Positions 43,514 to 53,188 of a stretch of 64,000 nucleotides of DNA are shown here, piece after piece; position 1 is the stretch's first letter; each line of letters opens with the position of its first letter. The notes below the pieces were generated by a model. The model saw only the letters and a list, made by a program, of their open reading frames with translations, was not told where the DNA came from and searched no databases. Made by a program: the position numbers and the translations under genes. This DNA is from Candidatus Zixiibacteriota bacterium (GTDB lineage: Bacteria > RBG-13-66-14 > B26-G2 > WVWN01). Location: contig JASFLY010000013.1 in assembly GCA_050117845.1 (NCBI GenBank), forward strand, positions 6,829-70,828, given 5' to 3'.

Positions 43514-43615
43514 GGTAAGGCCTGCGGCGTTTCTTTTGGTATTAATTAGATACGTTAGGGGCCGAAAAGGATTATAAGAATTACGACGGGGCGGCCGCGG
43601 GTGGGCCGTTAACGG

Positions 43616-43644
43616 TTGACATAGCGTTAATATTGGGGCATAAT
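43616..43644 (+). promoter_or_regulatory. Sigma70-like promoter TTGACA-17-CATAAT (divergent from the P12 promoter)
   Basis: Consensus -35 hexamer, 17-nt spacer, and an AAGGAGG RBS before ATG 43666. Confidence 0.5.
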
Positions 43645-43665
43645 TTTAATAAGGAGGTTAGGAAA

Positions 43666-44427
43666 ATGCGAAAATATATCTCCGCAATCGCGTTTCTAAT
43701 TATCGCGTTCACGGCGGGCGCGCTGGCGTGGGGGACTTTGGTTGCGTCTTACCCCTGTCCCGAGGGCTCCCGTTTTCCGAACGGCCTGGCCTTTCGCAAT
43801 AGTCGCCTGTATATCGCGACCAACGACGTTAATTATACGGTATGGCAGGTGCGGCCGAATACGGGCAGCGTCCTCTTGTCCCACCAGGCGCCGTCGCGGC
43901 CTATTATGGGCCTGGCCGCGGGCCTCGCCGGCGAAACCGTTTCGTACTGGATATCTTCGACGAACGGGGCCGGCAGGATATACCAGGTGGGTTATCTCAG
44001 CGGCTCGGTCGTCAATTCTTTCCCGCCGTACGGCTCCCATCCGATGGGCCTCGCTTTCCGGAGCGCGACGCGGATGTACCATACCGACTATAACGCCCGC
44101 AGGCTATTCGTAATACACCCGGTGACCGGGTCCGTTTACGATTCGTACCCCCTCGATTTCGGGCCTTGCGACTGCGCCTACGGCGGCGGGTACCTGTGGA
44201 TAGCCGACGGGTACGGCGAACTGATTCATCAGTGCGATTTGACCGGCTCGACGCTGGCGTCGTTCTCGACGGCGGAGTACGGCTTCTGTTCCGGTTTGGC
44301 CTATTACAATCAATTCGTTTGGGTCGGGATCAACGAACCCATGCATTCGATATTGAAATTCGAGGTCGACCCGTTTCACGCCGTCGAACCGGCGTCGGTG
44401 GGCCGGGTAAAAGCGCTGTTCCGCTGA
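43666..44427 (+). CDS. Hypothetical secreted repeat protein (family with the 1..596 and 45524..46318 genes)
   Basis: Signal peptide MRKYISAIAFLIIAFTAGALA followed by WGTLVASYPCPEG. Recurrent ...TGSV..S(Y/H)... repeats suggest a beta-propeller or beta-rich fold. C-terminus ends ...SVGRVKALFR. Confidence 0.55.
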   Translation: MRKYISAIAFLIIAFTAGALAWGTLVASYPCPEGSRFPNGLAFRNSRLYIATNDVNYTVWQVRPNTGSVLLSHQAPSRPIMGLAAGLAGETVSYWISSTNGAGRIYQVGYLSGSVVNSFPPYGSHPMGLAFRSATRMYHTDYNARRLFVIHPVTGSVYDSYPLDFGPCDCAYGGGYLWIADGYGELIHQCDLTGSTLASFSTAEYGFCSGLAYYNQFVWVGINEPMHSILKFEVDPFHAVEPASVGRVKALFR

Positions 44428-44445
44428 GTTAACCGCCCTGTTATT

Positions 44446-44474
44446 CAAAAGCCGCCCCTCGGGGCGGCTTTATT
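44446..44474. terminator. Bidirectional terminator (GCCGCCCC-TC-GGGGCGGC, flanked by AAAA and TTTATT)
   Basis: A GC hairpin between convergent genes. Confidence 0.6.
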
Positions 44475-44510
44475 CACTAATACGGCTTTTTGCGGGGTCG
44501 CGCCGTCTTA

Positions 44511-44951
44511 CTACTTCTTCTCGAGCCGTTCCGTGCCTGTTTTCGTGCTTCCCTCGTAGGCCGTTATTCCCTCGAGCGAATTGTCCGGGTTGACCGTGTA
44601 CGCGACTACGCCGAGTACGCCGGCCTCGTCCCGATATCCCACGACGAATAAATCTCCCCGCCACAAAGCCACGCCGGGGTAGGCGATCCTGTCGCCCACG
44701 CGGTAGGTAACCCAATATACGTGGCGCCCCGGTTCGACGTCGACTTCGCAGTCGTAGGCGTCGCCGTCCGGGTCGACGCCGCTGCCGGCGTACGTTCCGA
44801 CTATGTCTATTTCGGTTTCGGTGGCCGTTTCGGCGGCCGTCGGGGGAGTCGCGGTCTCGGGTTCGGCCGTGCCCTCGGCCGCCTTGCGGCAAGACGCGGG
44901 GATGACGGCTACCAACGCGACGGCGACGATTATACCGTAAACTTTGTTCAT
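44511..44951 (-). CDS. Hypothetical secreted protein / possible lipoprotein
   Basis: Signal peptide MNKVYGIIVAVALVAVIPASC. Paralog of the 44948..45340 gene, with shared ...GY...G.....Y.V.PD.SL.G.....G....GTE.LEK. Confidence 0.5.
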   Translation of the reverse strand: MNKVYGIIVAVALVAVIPASCRKAAEGTAEPETATPPTAAETATETEIDIVGTYAGSGVDPDGDAYDCEVDVEPGRHVYWVTYRVGDRIAYPGVALWRGDLFVVGYRDEAGVLGVVAYTVNPDNSLEGITAYEGSTKTGTERLEKK

Positions 44952-45340
44952 TGATTATTCCCCCCTGTCCCGTCGGTTTCATCCCTGTATAACTTCTCGG
45001 TACCGATTTCCTTGAAACCCGGCAGGCCGAGAGCTCCGTCCAGCGTGCCGTCCGGCAATATCTTGTAGAGCGCTACGCCGTAACCGATGTGGGCCGCGTA
45101 CCCGACGCATAGGTAACCGTCTTTTATGATGCCGATGCCTTCGTACCCGAATTCATCCTCGAATTCCCAAACTACCCGATAAACCTCCTCGGTTTTATTT
45201 ATATCTACTTTGCAGCCGTACGTGCCCGGTTCGTAGGGACGTTGGCCGAAGCCGGTATACTCGCCCGTGACGTCGTCGGGGGCGGTCGCCGCGAGCGCCA
45301 GCGCCGCCGCGGTTAGAGAGTATAAGATCACTCTTTTCAT
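44948..45340 (-). CDS. Hypothetical secreted protein (paralog of the 44511..44951 gene)
   Basis: Start set at MKRVILYSLTAAALALAATA (ATG 45340). C-terminal ...ILPDGTLDGALGLPGFKEIGTEKLYR aligns with its neighbour. Confidence 0.5.
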   Translation of the reverse strand: MKRVILYSLTAAALALAATAPDDVTGEYTGFGQRPYEPGTYGCKVDINKTEEVYRVVWEFEDEFGYEGIGIIKDGYLCVGYAAHIGYGVALYKILPDGTLDGALGLPGFKEIGTEKLYRDETDGTGGNNQ

Positions 45341-45523
45341 CGGGTGCCTCCTCGCGTTAATAAAGCCAGGGTGAATAATACTAAAATTACGCCCGCGGCG
45401 CAACCCACGCTCGTTCGGTTATAATTTGGGGCGGGATTCATCGCCGCTAAAACCCGGTATCCGGACCTCGTAAAAAAAGAAGCCGCCCCGAGGGACGGCT
45501 TCTCTTTTAGGTCGGGTAATTCT

Positions 45524-46318
45524 TTAGTGGTAAAGGGCTTTGATCTTGCCCGCGGAGGTCGGCGTAACGCTTACGCCGGGACCCGGGCAGTGGACTTTAA
45601 ATACCGCATGGTAACCGGAGGTCGAAGCGAGCCATAGGTACTGGCCGTGGTACGCGAATCCCAGCGCCGGGCCGTTACTGAACGCGAAAGAACCCACGAT
45701 CGAACCGGAGGTGTTACGGCCGTAAATTACGGACCCGTTACGATGCCACATGAGTTCGTTCCGCCAGTCCCAGGCGATGTCGTAACAGCCTGTGGTGGCG
45801 AACGAGCCGTAGACGCTGCCGTTGGTCAGGCTTTGCCGCCAGGTGTAAGCGGGGGAGCTATCGGAAGACAACATATGGGTCGGGGCAGCGCCGCCGTCGG
45901 CGGTCGCCATCGCGGCCAGGCCGCCGTACATGTCATGGCCGGCCGAGAAAGAGGCGTAAGCGCTACCGGTGGTGTAGTTGCAGCGGTAGATGTAGTCGGT
46001 GGAGTAGTTGCCCATCCAGAGGTAGCTGCCGCTGGGGAGGCCGCCGCCGCCGTTGTAGTTGTACGTGAGGCCGCGGGTGTAGCTGCTGTGAGGCGAAACG
46101 TACGAGGCGTATACGGACCCGGTGTCCGCGTTCACACGCCAGATACGACGGTCGCCGGCGTTGCAGTAGAGCCAGAAGTACTGGCTGTTGTTCGCGCGCG
46201 CGGCGGCTATCGGGTAGTTCTCCGGCGCGGCCCATGAGGCGACGATGTCGCCGAGGGCGCCGTACGCCGCACCCGCCACCAACGCGAAAGCTAACGCTAA
46301 TACTACGGATTTCTTCAT
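45524..46318 (-). CDS. Hypothetical secreted repeat protein (family with the 1..596 and 43666..44427 genes)
   Basis: Start moved to MKKSVVLALAFALVAGAAYGALGDIVASWAAPENYP (ATG 46318, AAGGAGGA RBS). ...TGSVYASY... repeats. C-terminus ends ...SAGKIKALYH. Confidence 0.55.
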   Translation of the reverse strand: MKKSVVLALAFALVAGAAYGALGDIVASWAAPENYPIAAARANNSQYFWLYCNAGDRRIWRVNADTGSVYASYVSPHSSYTRGLTYNYNGGGGLPSGSYLWMGNYSTDYIYRCNYTTGSAYASFSAGHDMYGGLAAMATADGGAAPTHMLSSDSSPAYTWRQSLTNGSVYGSFATTGCYDIAWDWRNELMWHRNGSVIYGRNTSGSIVGSFAFSNGPALGFAYHGQYLWLASTSGYHAVFKVHCPGPGVSVTPTSAGKIKALYH

Positions 46319-46680
46319 CTGTGTATCCTCCTTAGTGGTAAGGGACATAAAGTATACCGCAAAAAAGTATAATAACTCGGCCCCGAAGTCAAGCGTTTTT
46401 TTGTGATATATAAAGTTGGTTAACATATGTATATCAGGATACTGTTTACTTGCCGGAAGCGGTATTTCGCAGTAACCCATTTATCGTAACCATTAGCTTT
46501 ATTAGGTCTTTCCGCATTGTCAACGGCGCATACTAAACTTGTCGGCTTTAACTTCGGGTCAGCGGGGCGGCTTAAAAAAAGCCGCGGCCGGGAATGCCAA
46601 TCCCGGTCGCGGTACGATCGTATGTTATTATAATGCAACAGTTTGCGGCGCGGCCTGAACGATATTCCAATATTATGGTA

Positions 46681-48102
46681 TCACATAGGACCTCGGCCTT
46701 CGCCCCCGGCGTCCCGGCCTCGCCGTGACAAGTCGTCGGCCGGATCGCTTCCCAACCACTTGTCCATGACCGTACAGGCTGTCAAGTCGCCGGTCACGTT
46801 AATGGCAGTGCGGCTCATATCCAGAATCCGGTCCACACCTATGATTAGCGCGATGCCGCCCGGCGGGATTCCGACGCCGGCGAGTACGGTGGCCAGGATT
46901 ACGATGCCCACCCCCGGCGTAGCCGGAGACCCTATCGACGCCCCGACCGTAGTTACCACGACCAACAGAAGGGCCCCGAGGCTCAGGTCGACGCCGAAGA
47001 CCTGGGCCAGGAAGACGGTCGCCGCCCCCTGATACAACGCCGTCCCGTCCATGTTGACAGTCGTGCCCAGCGGCACCAGGAGTTGGGCGACCGAAGGTTT
47101 TATCCCCAACTTCTCCTCCGCGGTTTTGATCGTTACCGGCATGACGGCGGCCGAACTCGACGTCGAGAACGCCAGCAGCTGGACGTCCCGGACGCGGGCG
47201 AGGAAATTCCACGGGGACCGGCCGGACGCGATAAGCACGATTGTCAGATACACGACGAGCATGAGCAGCAGGCCCAAAAGGACCGTCCCCACGTATACCG
47301 TCATCCCGACCAGGACGTCGAAACCGACCCGCGACGTTATTTGGGCCAGTAGGCCGAAGACCGCTATCGGCGCCAGTACCATCGCCCATCGCACGATACG
47401 CAAACAGACGTCCTGGAGCGAGCTCAACAAATCGAGCAGCGGTTTGGACTGCTCCGGGGCCAGCGATACCAGCGCCAGGCCGAAGATAAGCGAGAAGAAG
47501 ACGATCTTCAGCATCTCCTTGCTCACGACGGCGTTGAACGGGTTTGTCGGGATTAAACCGACGATTTTATCGGGTATGTCGGCGAGGCTCGGCGTTTCCT
47601 TTAAAGCTTCGGGGACTTCGGCGGGTTGTTCCTCCAGCGCCGCGCTTACGAGTTCCCGGTCCACGTATTCCCCTGGGGCGATGACCAGCGAGACGCCTAT
47701 CCCTATCGTTATGGCGAGCGACGTGGTCGCGAGAAAGTAGAAGACGAGGCGCAGGCCCAGCCGGCGCAATTGGTCCATGTTTTCGCTGGCCGCGAGGCCC
47801 CCGATTATGGACGAGACGACCAGCGGGATGACTATCATCTGTATCAGCGTCAGGAATATATTGCCGGGTATGGCCAGCCAGTCGCCGATAACGCGGGACG
47901 TTTCCTCGCTTACCAGGCCGGCGGAGGGGCCGAGGAGTACCCCCGTGCCCACGCCCAGGGCCATGCCCAGGAGTATCTGGAGCCACAGGCGGCTCCGGAT
48001 CAACCCCTGGAGTTGACCCGCCAGCCGGGCGAGATCCGGGGATTGGATCCTTTCGAGGGGGTGGGGCGTCGTGCTGGCTTTTCTCTTCTTAAACGGCCAC
48101 AT
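46681..48102 (-). CDS. Dicarboxylate/amino acid:cation symporter (DAACS family, GltP/DctA-like)
   Basis: Multi-TM protein with DAACS-type motifs (GIGVSLVIAPG, ALYQGAATVFLAQVFGVDL, VTTVGASIGSPATPGVGIVILATVL). Confidence 0.75.
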   Translation of the reverse strand: MWPFKKRKASTTPHPLERIQSPDLARLAGQLQGLIRSRLWLQILLGMALGVGTGVLLGPSAGLVSEETSRVIGDWLAIPGNIFLTLIQMIVIPLVVSSIIGGLAASENMDQLRRLGLRLVFYFLATTSLAITIGIGVSLVIAPGEYVDRELVSAALEEQPAEVPEALKETPSLADIPDKIVGLIPTNPFNAVVSKEMLKIVFFSLIFGLALVSLAPEQSKPLLDLLSSLQDVCLRIVRWAMVLAPIAVFGLLAQITSRVGFDVLVGMTVYVGTVLLGLLLMLVVYLTIVLIASGRSPWNFLARVRDVQLLAFSTSSSAAVMPVTIKTAEEKLGIKPSVAQLLVPLGTTVNMDGTALYQGAATVFLAQVFGVDLSLGALLLVVVTTVGASIGSPATPGVGIVILATVLAGVGIPPGGIALIIGVDRILDMSRTAINVTGDLTACTVMDKWLGSDPADDLSRRGRDAGGEGRGPM

Positions 48103-48112
48103 TTATCGAATA

Positions 48113-48562
48113 TCAAACGTCGGGGTTAAGTTTCTTGGTGTAGTAGGCGACTTCCCGGAACGGCCTGTACCCGAGCCGTTCGAAGACGGCCGCGGAGGTG
48201 TCGTTCCAATCCTCGATGAGGCAGGCGAATATGCCGAGGCCAAGTTCGGCGAAGCGCCGTTCGACCTCGTCTACGAGGGCCCGGCCTACGCCGAGGCGCC
48301 TGTGCGCCGGCGATACGACGAGGCGGTTTATCCACCCCTTGCGGCCGTCGTGCGTCCCCAACACCGCGCCCGCCAGCTCGCCGCCCACTTCCGCGCCGAG
48401 GTATACCGACGTCGGCTCGGGGAGTTGGGCCGTGAATGCCTCTCTGGTGTCGCGGCCCCGCGGTTTGTACGGCAGGCCGCCCTCTTCCCACAGGCGCACC
48501 AGTGCGTCGTAATCGTCGGCGCTCAGTTCTCGAAGCGTAATCGTTTTACCGTTTATTTTCAT
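48113..48562 (-). CDS. GNAT-family N-acetyltransferase
   Basis: Acetyl-CoA binding motif RLVVSPAHRRLGVGRALV. Confidence 0.7.
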   Translation of the reverse strand: MKINGKTITLRELSADDYDALVRLWEEGGLPYKPRGRDTREAFTAQLPEPTSVYLGAEVGGELAGAVLGTHDGRKGWINRLVVSPAHRRLGVGRALVDEVERRFAELGLGIFACLIEDWNDTSAAVFERLGYRPFREVAYYTKKLNPDV

Positions 48563-48617
48563 AAGGATAGGCCGGCCTGGCGCCGCTCGGCGGGGTCCGA
48601 GGTCGGCGTCTTCGCCG

Positions 48618-49124
48618 TCAGGTATTCAGGCTGTAGAGTGAAACGTTAAGTATCGCGGCGAAGCTGACCCACAGGATATAAGGGAGCATTAACAGCGCGG
48701 CCGGCCGCGATACGCGGTAGAACAGGATAATAGTTATAAGTATGCCGATCCAGAGCAGGGCGATGACCGCGAGGCCGGCGGCGGGGGAGCGGAGGCCGAA
48801 GAACGCGGCCGACCACAACACGTTGAGCACGAGCTGCACGTCGAACGCCGCCATGGCCGTTAGTACGCCCCTCTTCCGTATCCCCTTGTCCCAAACCAGG
48901 AAGGCCGCAACCGCCATGAGTAAATATAAGGTTATCCACGCCGGCGAGAACAGCCAGTTCGGCGGCGTGAAAGCGGGCTTGGCGAGTGAGGCGTACCAGG
49001 TAGGGATAGCGGGCGTCGTGAACAACGAGCCGATGAAGCCGGCCAACTGGCAGGCGACGACGCACGCCGCGAGTTTTAAAATCCGTACTATCAGACTACG
49101 TCGTTCCGTGTTGCCGTTCGCCAT
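48618..49124 (-). CDS. tspO: TspO/MBR-family tryptophan-rich sensory protein
   Basis: Five TM helices with a Trp-rich pattern (AWITLYLLMAVAAFLVW, LWSAAFFGL, PYILWVSFAAILN). Start at MANGNT (ATG 49124). Confidence 0.7.
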   Translation of the reverse strand: MANGNTERRSLIVRILKLAACVVACQLAGFIGSLFTTPAIPTWYASLAKPAFTPPNWLFSPAWITLYLLMAVAAFLVWDKGIRKRGVLTAMAAFDVQLVLNVLWSAAFFGLRSPAAGLAVIALLWIGILITIILFYRVSRPAALLMLPYILWVSFAAILNVSLYSLNT

Positions 49125-49317
49125 AATGAACACCCCCGGGGCGTCGGGCCCGCGGCCCGGTCGGCAATCGTATTCGCTCTTTAGGATAATACCCTTATCC
49201 GGCGTTTTTCGCAACCCCTAATGGCTTTTTTCTAGCGCAAGTTTATACCGGCCGTTCTTCCGGGCGGGCGGGCAGGCCGCGGGGGCCTGGCCGGGGAGTA
49301 AACGCCAAATTTATTTG

Positions 49318-49346
49318 TTGACAATTTATTAATAATTATGTTATAA
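49318..49346 (+). promoter_or_regulatory. Sigma70-like promoter TTGACA-17-TTATAA upstream of rpsA
   Basis: Consensus -35 hexamer in an AT-rich leader. Confidence 0.45.
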
Positions 49347-49409
49347 GTTCAGCTTAAAAGAAGGGCCTTCGAGCTCTTCAAATCCAATGATGAGAGGAAG
49401 ATAGAATTA

Positions 49410-51659
49410 ATGACCGAAGAAACCACAATATCGCGTGAACCGGAACAGACCCGGGAGCGCCCGACGGGCGGTAAAGCGCGACAAGAACACCGGATGGAGC
49501 CGGTGTTGGAAGACGCCGAAGCCTTCGACCCGAAAGAGTTCGAAGAGTTGGCGGGGTTGTACGAAGACTCGTTTCGCGACATCGAGGAGAACGAGATTGT
49601 TACCGGGACCGTGGTCGCGGTAACCGACGAAGAAGTCCTGGTCGATATCGGATACAAATCCGAGGGGACTATCAACCTGGGCGAGTTCGCCGAAGAGGGG
49701 GCAGTGGAGGTTGGCGATAAGGTAGAGGTTTATCTCGAAAAAAAGGAAGACCAGGACGGCGTCATCGTACTGTCGAAAGAGAAGGCCGATTTCTATCGGG
49801 CCTGGGACCAGGTGCGCGACGTCTATGAAACGGGCGGGGACATCGAAGGACGAATCCTCAACCGGGTACGGGGCGGATTCATCGTCGACATCGGCGTGAA
49901 GGCGTTTCTGCCGGCCTCCCAGCTCGACCTGCGGCCGGTGCGCGATTTCGAGCCGTACATCGGCGAAGCCTTCCGGATGAAAATTATCAAGGTTAACAAG
50001 CGCCGGCGGAACATCGTTCTGTCCCGCAAGGCGCTTTTGATGGAGGAGCGCGAGGAGAAGCGCAAGCGCCTTCTCGAGACCATCGAGGTCGGCGCGGTGC
50101 TGGATGGCGAAGTCAAGAACATCACCGACTTCGGCGCGTTCGTCGACCTGGACGGCCTGGACGGCCTCCTCCATATAACGGACCTCTCCCGCGGCCGGGT
50201 GAACCATCCGTCCGAGGTAGTGTCCGTGGGCGAGAAACTGGAAGTGCTCGTGACCGATTTCGATCCCGAGTCCGGCCGGGTTTCTTTGAGCCTCAAGGAA
50301 CTGCAGGATGACCCGTGGGAAACGGTGGCGAGCCGTTACCACGAGGGCGACCGCGTCATCGGCAAGGTCGTATCCATCGTCGATTACGGCGCGTTCGTCG
50401 AACTCGAACCCGGCGTCGAGGGCCTGATACACGTGTCCGAGATGTCCTGGACCCAGCGCGTGAAGCACCCGTCGAAGGTCCTGTCGGTGGGCGACGAGAT
50501 AGGCGTGGTCATCCTCAAAATTGACGACCAGCACAAACGCATATCACTGGGCCTGCGGCAGACGATGCCCAATCCCTGGGATACCATCGAGGAGCGCTAC
50601 CCGCCCGGCAGTAAGATAAAGGGCCTGGCGAAGAACATCACCGAATTCGGCGTCTTCGTGGAACTCGAAGAGGGCATCGACGGCCTTATTCACATTTCCG
50701 ACATCTCCTGGACCAAGCGCGTTCGCCACCCTTCCGAGGTCTACAAGAAGGGCGACGCCGTCGAGGCGGTCGTGTTGACCATAGACTCCGTCAACCGGCG
50801 CATTTCTTTGGGCGTCAAACAGCTCGAGCGCGACCCCTGGGCCAAGGTGGAGGAGCGGTACCCCGTCGGCGAGTACGTCGAGGGCGACGTCATTCGCGTA
50901 ACGCCGTACGGCGCCATCGTCAAACTCGAGGACGACATTGAGGGCCTGCTTCATATTTCCGAGATAGCCGGCCGCCGGATTAACCGCGTCGAGGACGTAC
51001 TCGACGCCGGCGACCGCATCAAGGTAAAGATAATCAACATCTCGCCCCGCGAGCGCCGCATCAATCTGAGCCTCTGGCAGTATCAGAACGAGACCGGCGA
51101 CAAGGGTATCGATAAGGGCGGCGGCATGGAAACGCTGGCCGCCGAGGAAGCCAAAGCCGCGGCGTCCCTGTCGGCGCCGGACGACGAAGACGAGGAAGAA
51201 GTCGACGACGCCGAATCGGCCGAAGGTGAAGAAGAGGGCGTCGACGCGGAAGAGGCTGAAGAAGTTGAGGCCGAAGCCGAGGCTGAAGAAGTTGAGGCCG
51301 AAGCGTCGCCCGAGGCCGAGGCGGAGACAAGCGAAGCCGAGGCCGAAGAAACCGCGGCCGCGGAAGAGGAAGTCGAAGCCGCCGTTGAGGAAACGGAGGC
51401 CGCGGTCGAAGAGGTTGAAGCCGCCGTCGAGGAAGCTGAGGGCGAGGCCGAAGCCGAGAACGTCGCCGCGGAAGCGGCCGACGAGGCCGAAGAATCTCCC
51501 GAGGCCGAAGCCGAAGCGGCCGAAGAGGTCGAGGAAAGCGCGGCCGAAGAAACCGGAGAAACCGAGGAAGAAACGGAAGAAGCCCCCGCCGAAAGCGGCG
51601 ATGGGGAAGAGGCCGAGACGGCCGAGCCCGAACCCGAATCGGAACCGGAGAAAGAGTAA
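49410..51659 (+). CDS. rpsA: 30S ribosomal protein S1 with a ~200-aa Glu/Ala-rich C-terminal extension
   Basis: Six S1 (OB-fold) repeats (..GTVV.V....V.VDIG.K.EG.I...EF...). The in-frame C-terminal tail EAEAEAEEVEAEASPEAEAE... matches DNA-level GAAG/GCCGA repeats at 51180-51650. Confidence 0.85.
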   Translation: MTEETTISREPEQTRERPTGGKARQEHRMEPVLEDAEAFDPKEFEELAGLYEDSFRDIEENEIVTGTVVAVTDEEVLVDIGYKSEGTINLGEFAEEGAVEVGDKVEVYLEKKEDQDGVIVLSKEKADFYRAWDQVRDVYETGGDIEGRILNRVRGGFIVDIGVKAFLPASQLDLRPVRDFEPYIGEAFRMKIIKVNKRRRNIVLSRKALLMEEREEKRKRLLETIEVGAVLDGEVKNITDFGAFVDLDGLDGLLHITDLSRGRVNHPSEVVSVGEKLEVLVTDFDPESGRVSLSLKELQDDPWETVASRYHEGDRVIGKVVSIVDYGAFVELEPGVEGLIHVSEMSWTQRVKHPSKVLSVGDEIGVVILKIDDQHKRISLGLRQTMPNPWDTIEERYPPGSKIKGLAKNITEFGVFVELEEGIDGLIHISDISWTKRVRHPSEVYKKGDAVEAVVLTIDSVNRRISLGVKQLERDPWAKVEERYPVGEYVEGDVIRVTPYGAIVKLEDDIEGLLHISEIAGRRINRVEDVLDAGDRIKVKIINISPRERRINLSLWQYQNETGDKGIDKGGGMETLAAEEAKAAASLSAPDDEDEEEVDDAESAEGEEEGVDAEEAEEVEAEAEAEEVEAEASPEAEAETSEAEAEETAAAEEEVEAAVEETEAAVEEVEAAVEEAEGEAEAENVAAEAADEAEESPEAEAEAAEEVEESAAEETGETEEETEEAPAESGDGEEAETAEPEPESEPEKE

Positions 51660-51677
51660 AACGACTACAATAACGAG

Positions 51678-51710
51678 GCGGCGGCTTCTTAACCGGAGCC
51701 GCCGTTTTTT
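51678..51710 (+). terminator. Rho-independent terminator (CGGCGGCT...AGCCGCCG + TTTTTT)
   Basis: An 8-bp GC stem plus T6, immediately after rpsA. Confidence 0.65.
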
Positions 51711-51731
51711 AGCCTCCCCGAAAGGCCCCGT

Positions 51732-53150
51732 TTGGAAAACGAAGGCACCTTCCCCCGGGTAATATTGCTGGGCCGGCCCAACGTCGGCAAGTCGACGATG
51801 TTCAACCGGCTGGTGGGCCGGAACATCGCCATGACCGATTCCCGGCCCCACACGACGCGGGACGTCCTGGCCGAGATCTGCCGCTTCGGCGACGCCGGTT
51901 TCGAGCTCGTGGACGCGGCGGGCTTTCTGGCCACGCCGGACGACACGTTGGCCCAGAGCATCAAACGGGGGTTGGACGCCGCCGCGGCCTCGGCCGACCT
52001 GGTAGTCCTCCTCTTCGACGGCCGCGAGGGCCTGCTGCCGCTCGACCGGGAACTGGCGGACTTCGTGCGGCGCCTCCACAAGCCGGTCGTCCCCGTGGTA
52101 AACAAAATAGATTCGCCGTCGCTTGTGGGGGAGGCTGCGGACTTCTACGAGCTGGGCTTCGAGCGCGAACCGGTGGTGGCGAGCGCGACCAACGGCTACA
52201 ACTGCCGCGAACTCGTGGACGTCATCCTGGAGGAACTCGGCCCCGCGGCGAACGTGGTCGAGAGGGAGGACGAGGAGCGTCTCACCGTCGCCATCGTGGG
52301 CCGACCCAACGTCGGCAAGTCGTCGCTTCTGAACCGCCTCGCCGGCAGCGACCGCGTCGTCGTGCACGAGACGCCGGGGACCACCCGCGACGCGGTGGAC
52401 GTGGCCATCGAGCACGAGGGCCGGGAATACCTCTTCGTCGATACGGCGGGGATAAGGCGCCGCGCCCGGGCCAAGGAACGCCTCGAGCTCTGGAGCCTGG
52501 GGAAGTCTTTCGGGGCGGTCAAACGCGCGTCCGTCGTGCTTTTGGTACTGGACGGGGCCGAGGGGCCGACCGCCCAGGACGCCAAAATCGCCGGCTACGC
52601 CGACCACAACGGCCGCGGCTTACTCCTTTTCGTCAACAAGACCGACCTTCTGATAGCCCGCAAAGAGAAAGAAGCGAAAGAGGCGGATGAAGCGGACGAA
52701 GACGCCCCGCCGCCGGAGGACGTCACGCCCGAAGAGCGGGTGGCGAGGCTCCTGGCTAACGTGCGCGAGGAACTCAATTTCGCGACCTACGCCTCCGCCC
52801 TCACGGGCTCGGCGACCGAGGGAATCGACGTCGACCAGGTGTTCCGGGCCATCGGCGAGGTGGACGAGAACCGTCGCGCCCGGCTGGGCACGGGCGGGTT
52901 GAACCGCTACCTGCGCGAAGCGATGGAGCGGCGCAGGTTCCGGGCGGGCCAGAAGGAAATCCGCCTGCTTTACGCCACGCAGGTCTCCACCGCGCCTCCC
53001 ACCTTCCACCTGTTCCTGAACGTGAGCAGGAAGCCGCCCCTCACGTTCACCCGCTTCATCGAGAACCGCCTGCGCGAGGCCTTCCCGCTCGTGGGTACGC
53101 CGATACGGCTGGTGTTTCGCCTGCGCGATTCGGCGTCGGCCAGAAAATAG
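51732..53150 (+). CDS. der: Ribosome-associated GTPase Der/EngA (two GTP-binding domains plus a KH-like domain)
   Basis: GD1 GRPNVGKSTMFNRL, GD2 GRPNVGKSSLLNRL, DTAGIRRR. TTG start. The der-plsY-gpsA gene order is conserved. Confidence 0.85.
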   Translation: MENEGTFPRVILLGRPNVGKSTMFNRLVGRNIAMTDSRPHTTRDVLAEICRFGDAGFELVDAAGFLATPDDTLAQSIKRGLDAAAASADLVVLLFDGREGLLPLDRELADFVRRLHKPVVPVVNKIDSPSLVGEAADFYELGFEREPVVASATNGYNCRELVDVILEELGPAANVVEREDEERLTVAIVGRPNVGKSSLLNRLAGSDRVVVHETPGTTRDAVDVAIEHEGREYLFVDTAGIRRRARAKERLELWSLGKSFGAVKRASVVLLVLDGAEGPTAQDAKIAGYADHNGRGLLLFVNKTDLLIARKEKEAKEADEADEDAPPPEDVTPEERVARLLANVREELNFATYASALTGSATEGIDVDQVFRAIGEVDENRRARLGTGGLNRYLREAMERRRFRAGQKEIRLLYATQVSTAPPTFHLFLNVSRKPPLTFTRFIENRLREAFPLVGTPIRLVFRLRDSASARK

Positions 53151-53188
53151 TTGTAGGCCGCCGCGCGCGATGTTAACTTTTTAGGCTG

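Noticed and set aside
46500-46680. Possible terminator hairpins downstream of the DAACS transporter gene (GGCGGCTT-AAAAA-AAGCCGCG)
   Set aside because: The stem is imperfect, the A-tract lies inside the loop and there is no clean U-tract, so this is not convincing as an intrinsic terminator.
51170-51659. The Glu/Ala repeat region as a separate gene or an intergenic repeat
   Set aside because: It is in frame with rpsA and no stop intervenes, so it is most simply a C-terminal tail.
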